Source of the DNA: Leucoraja erinacea
Taxonomy: Eukaryota
DNA: 64,000 bases
Assembly (NCBI RefSeq): GCF_028641065.1
Contig: NC_073416.1
Span: 7,750,001 to 7,814,000, forward strand
Reading direction: 5' to 3'
Part shown: positions 63,531 through 64,000 of the stretch, piece by piece
Layout of the letters: each line of letters opens with the position of its first letter
Position numbering within the stretch: position 1 is the first letter of the stretch
Made by a program: the position numbers and the translations under genes
Notes under the pieces: generated by a model
Told to the model about the DNA's origin: nothing
Database searches by the model: none
Seen by the model: the letters and a program-made list of their open reading frames with translations, nothing else

Positions 63531-64000
63531 AACCAAGTCGCCATGTTGGTTTCACTTTCCTCCACCCCGCTCTTCAAAACTCTCCACTCTCCTAATAGTT
63601 TTTTTGGTTTTGTCTATTTATTTCATTACACTTTTGGGAAGCTCCTGGTGAGATCAGGGATGTTGAACAATTGCAAGTTGTTGAGTTTTGCGGGTATTTT
63701 GAGCTAAGCTGTGAAACACAAAGAAATTAAATTCCTGCCACAGTCACTTCCTCATTAAGGTCAACATCATGCTTAATCAGGTGGAACTTTTCTCCCACCT
63801 CATATACTTTGAAATTCCTTGAATGCTGGGGATACACTACATACTACTAAATAAAACTCTTCAAGGAAAACCCAACTAACTCTTGTTTTTGCTCATGATT
63901 TAAGAAGGAAAGACATCACTCGATAAGCAACTCCCAATTTATTGCGCTCAAAATGTCACTTACTAAATTCTTATTCAAGGCTGCAGAACCAGACTTTCCA

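Overview
Eukaryotic, repeat-rich vertebrate DNA. The repeat complement (HE1-type tRNA-derived SINEs, CR1/HER1-type LINEs) points to a cartilaginous fish, probably a skate or ray (inference). One complete protein-coding gene can be built by hand on the minus strand: a STAT6-like transcription factor with 20 coding exons, from ATG at 37787 to TGA at 1422. The CDS is 2466 nt (821 aa), all introns are GT-AG and all phases are consistent. Introns and the 26 kb upstream are filled with CR1, Rex1/Babar-like and Ingi/Vingi-like LINE fragments, SINEs, hAT-like and PIF/Harbinger-like MITEs, and a very abundant family of short, often fold-back Penelope-like-element (PLE) derivatives. The most notable hidden signal is that these PLE derivatives carry minimal type-I hammerhead-ribozyme cores (CUGAAGA-stem II-GAAACGUH). 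Several also have 8-15 bp target-site duplications, and some form tandem arrays or palindromes whose junctions fall on ribozyme motifs. There is a 439-nt N gap at 25472-25910. No prokaryotic features (CRISPR, operons) are present.
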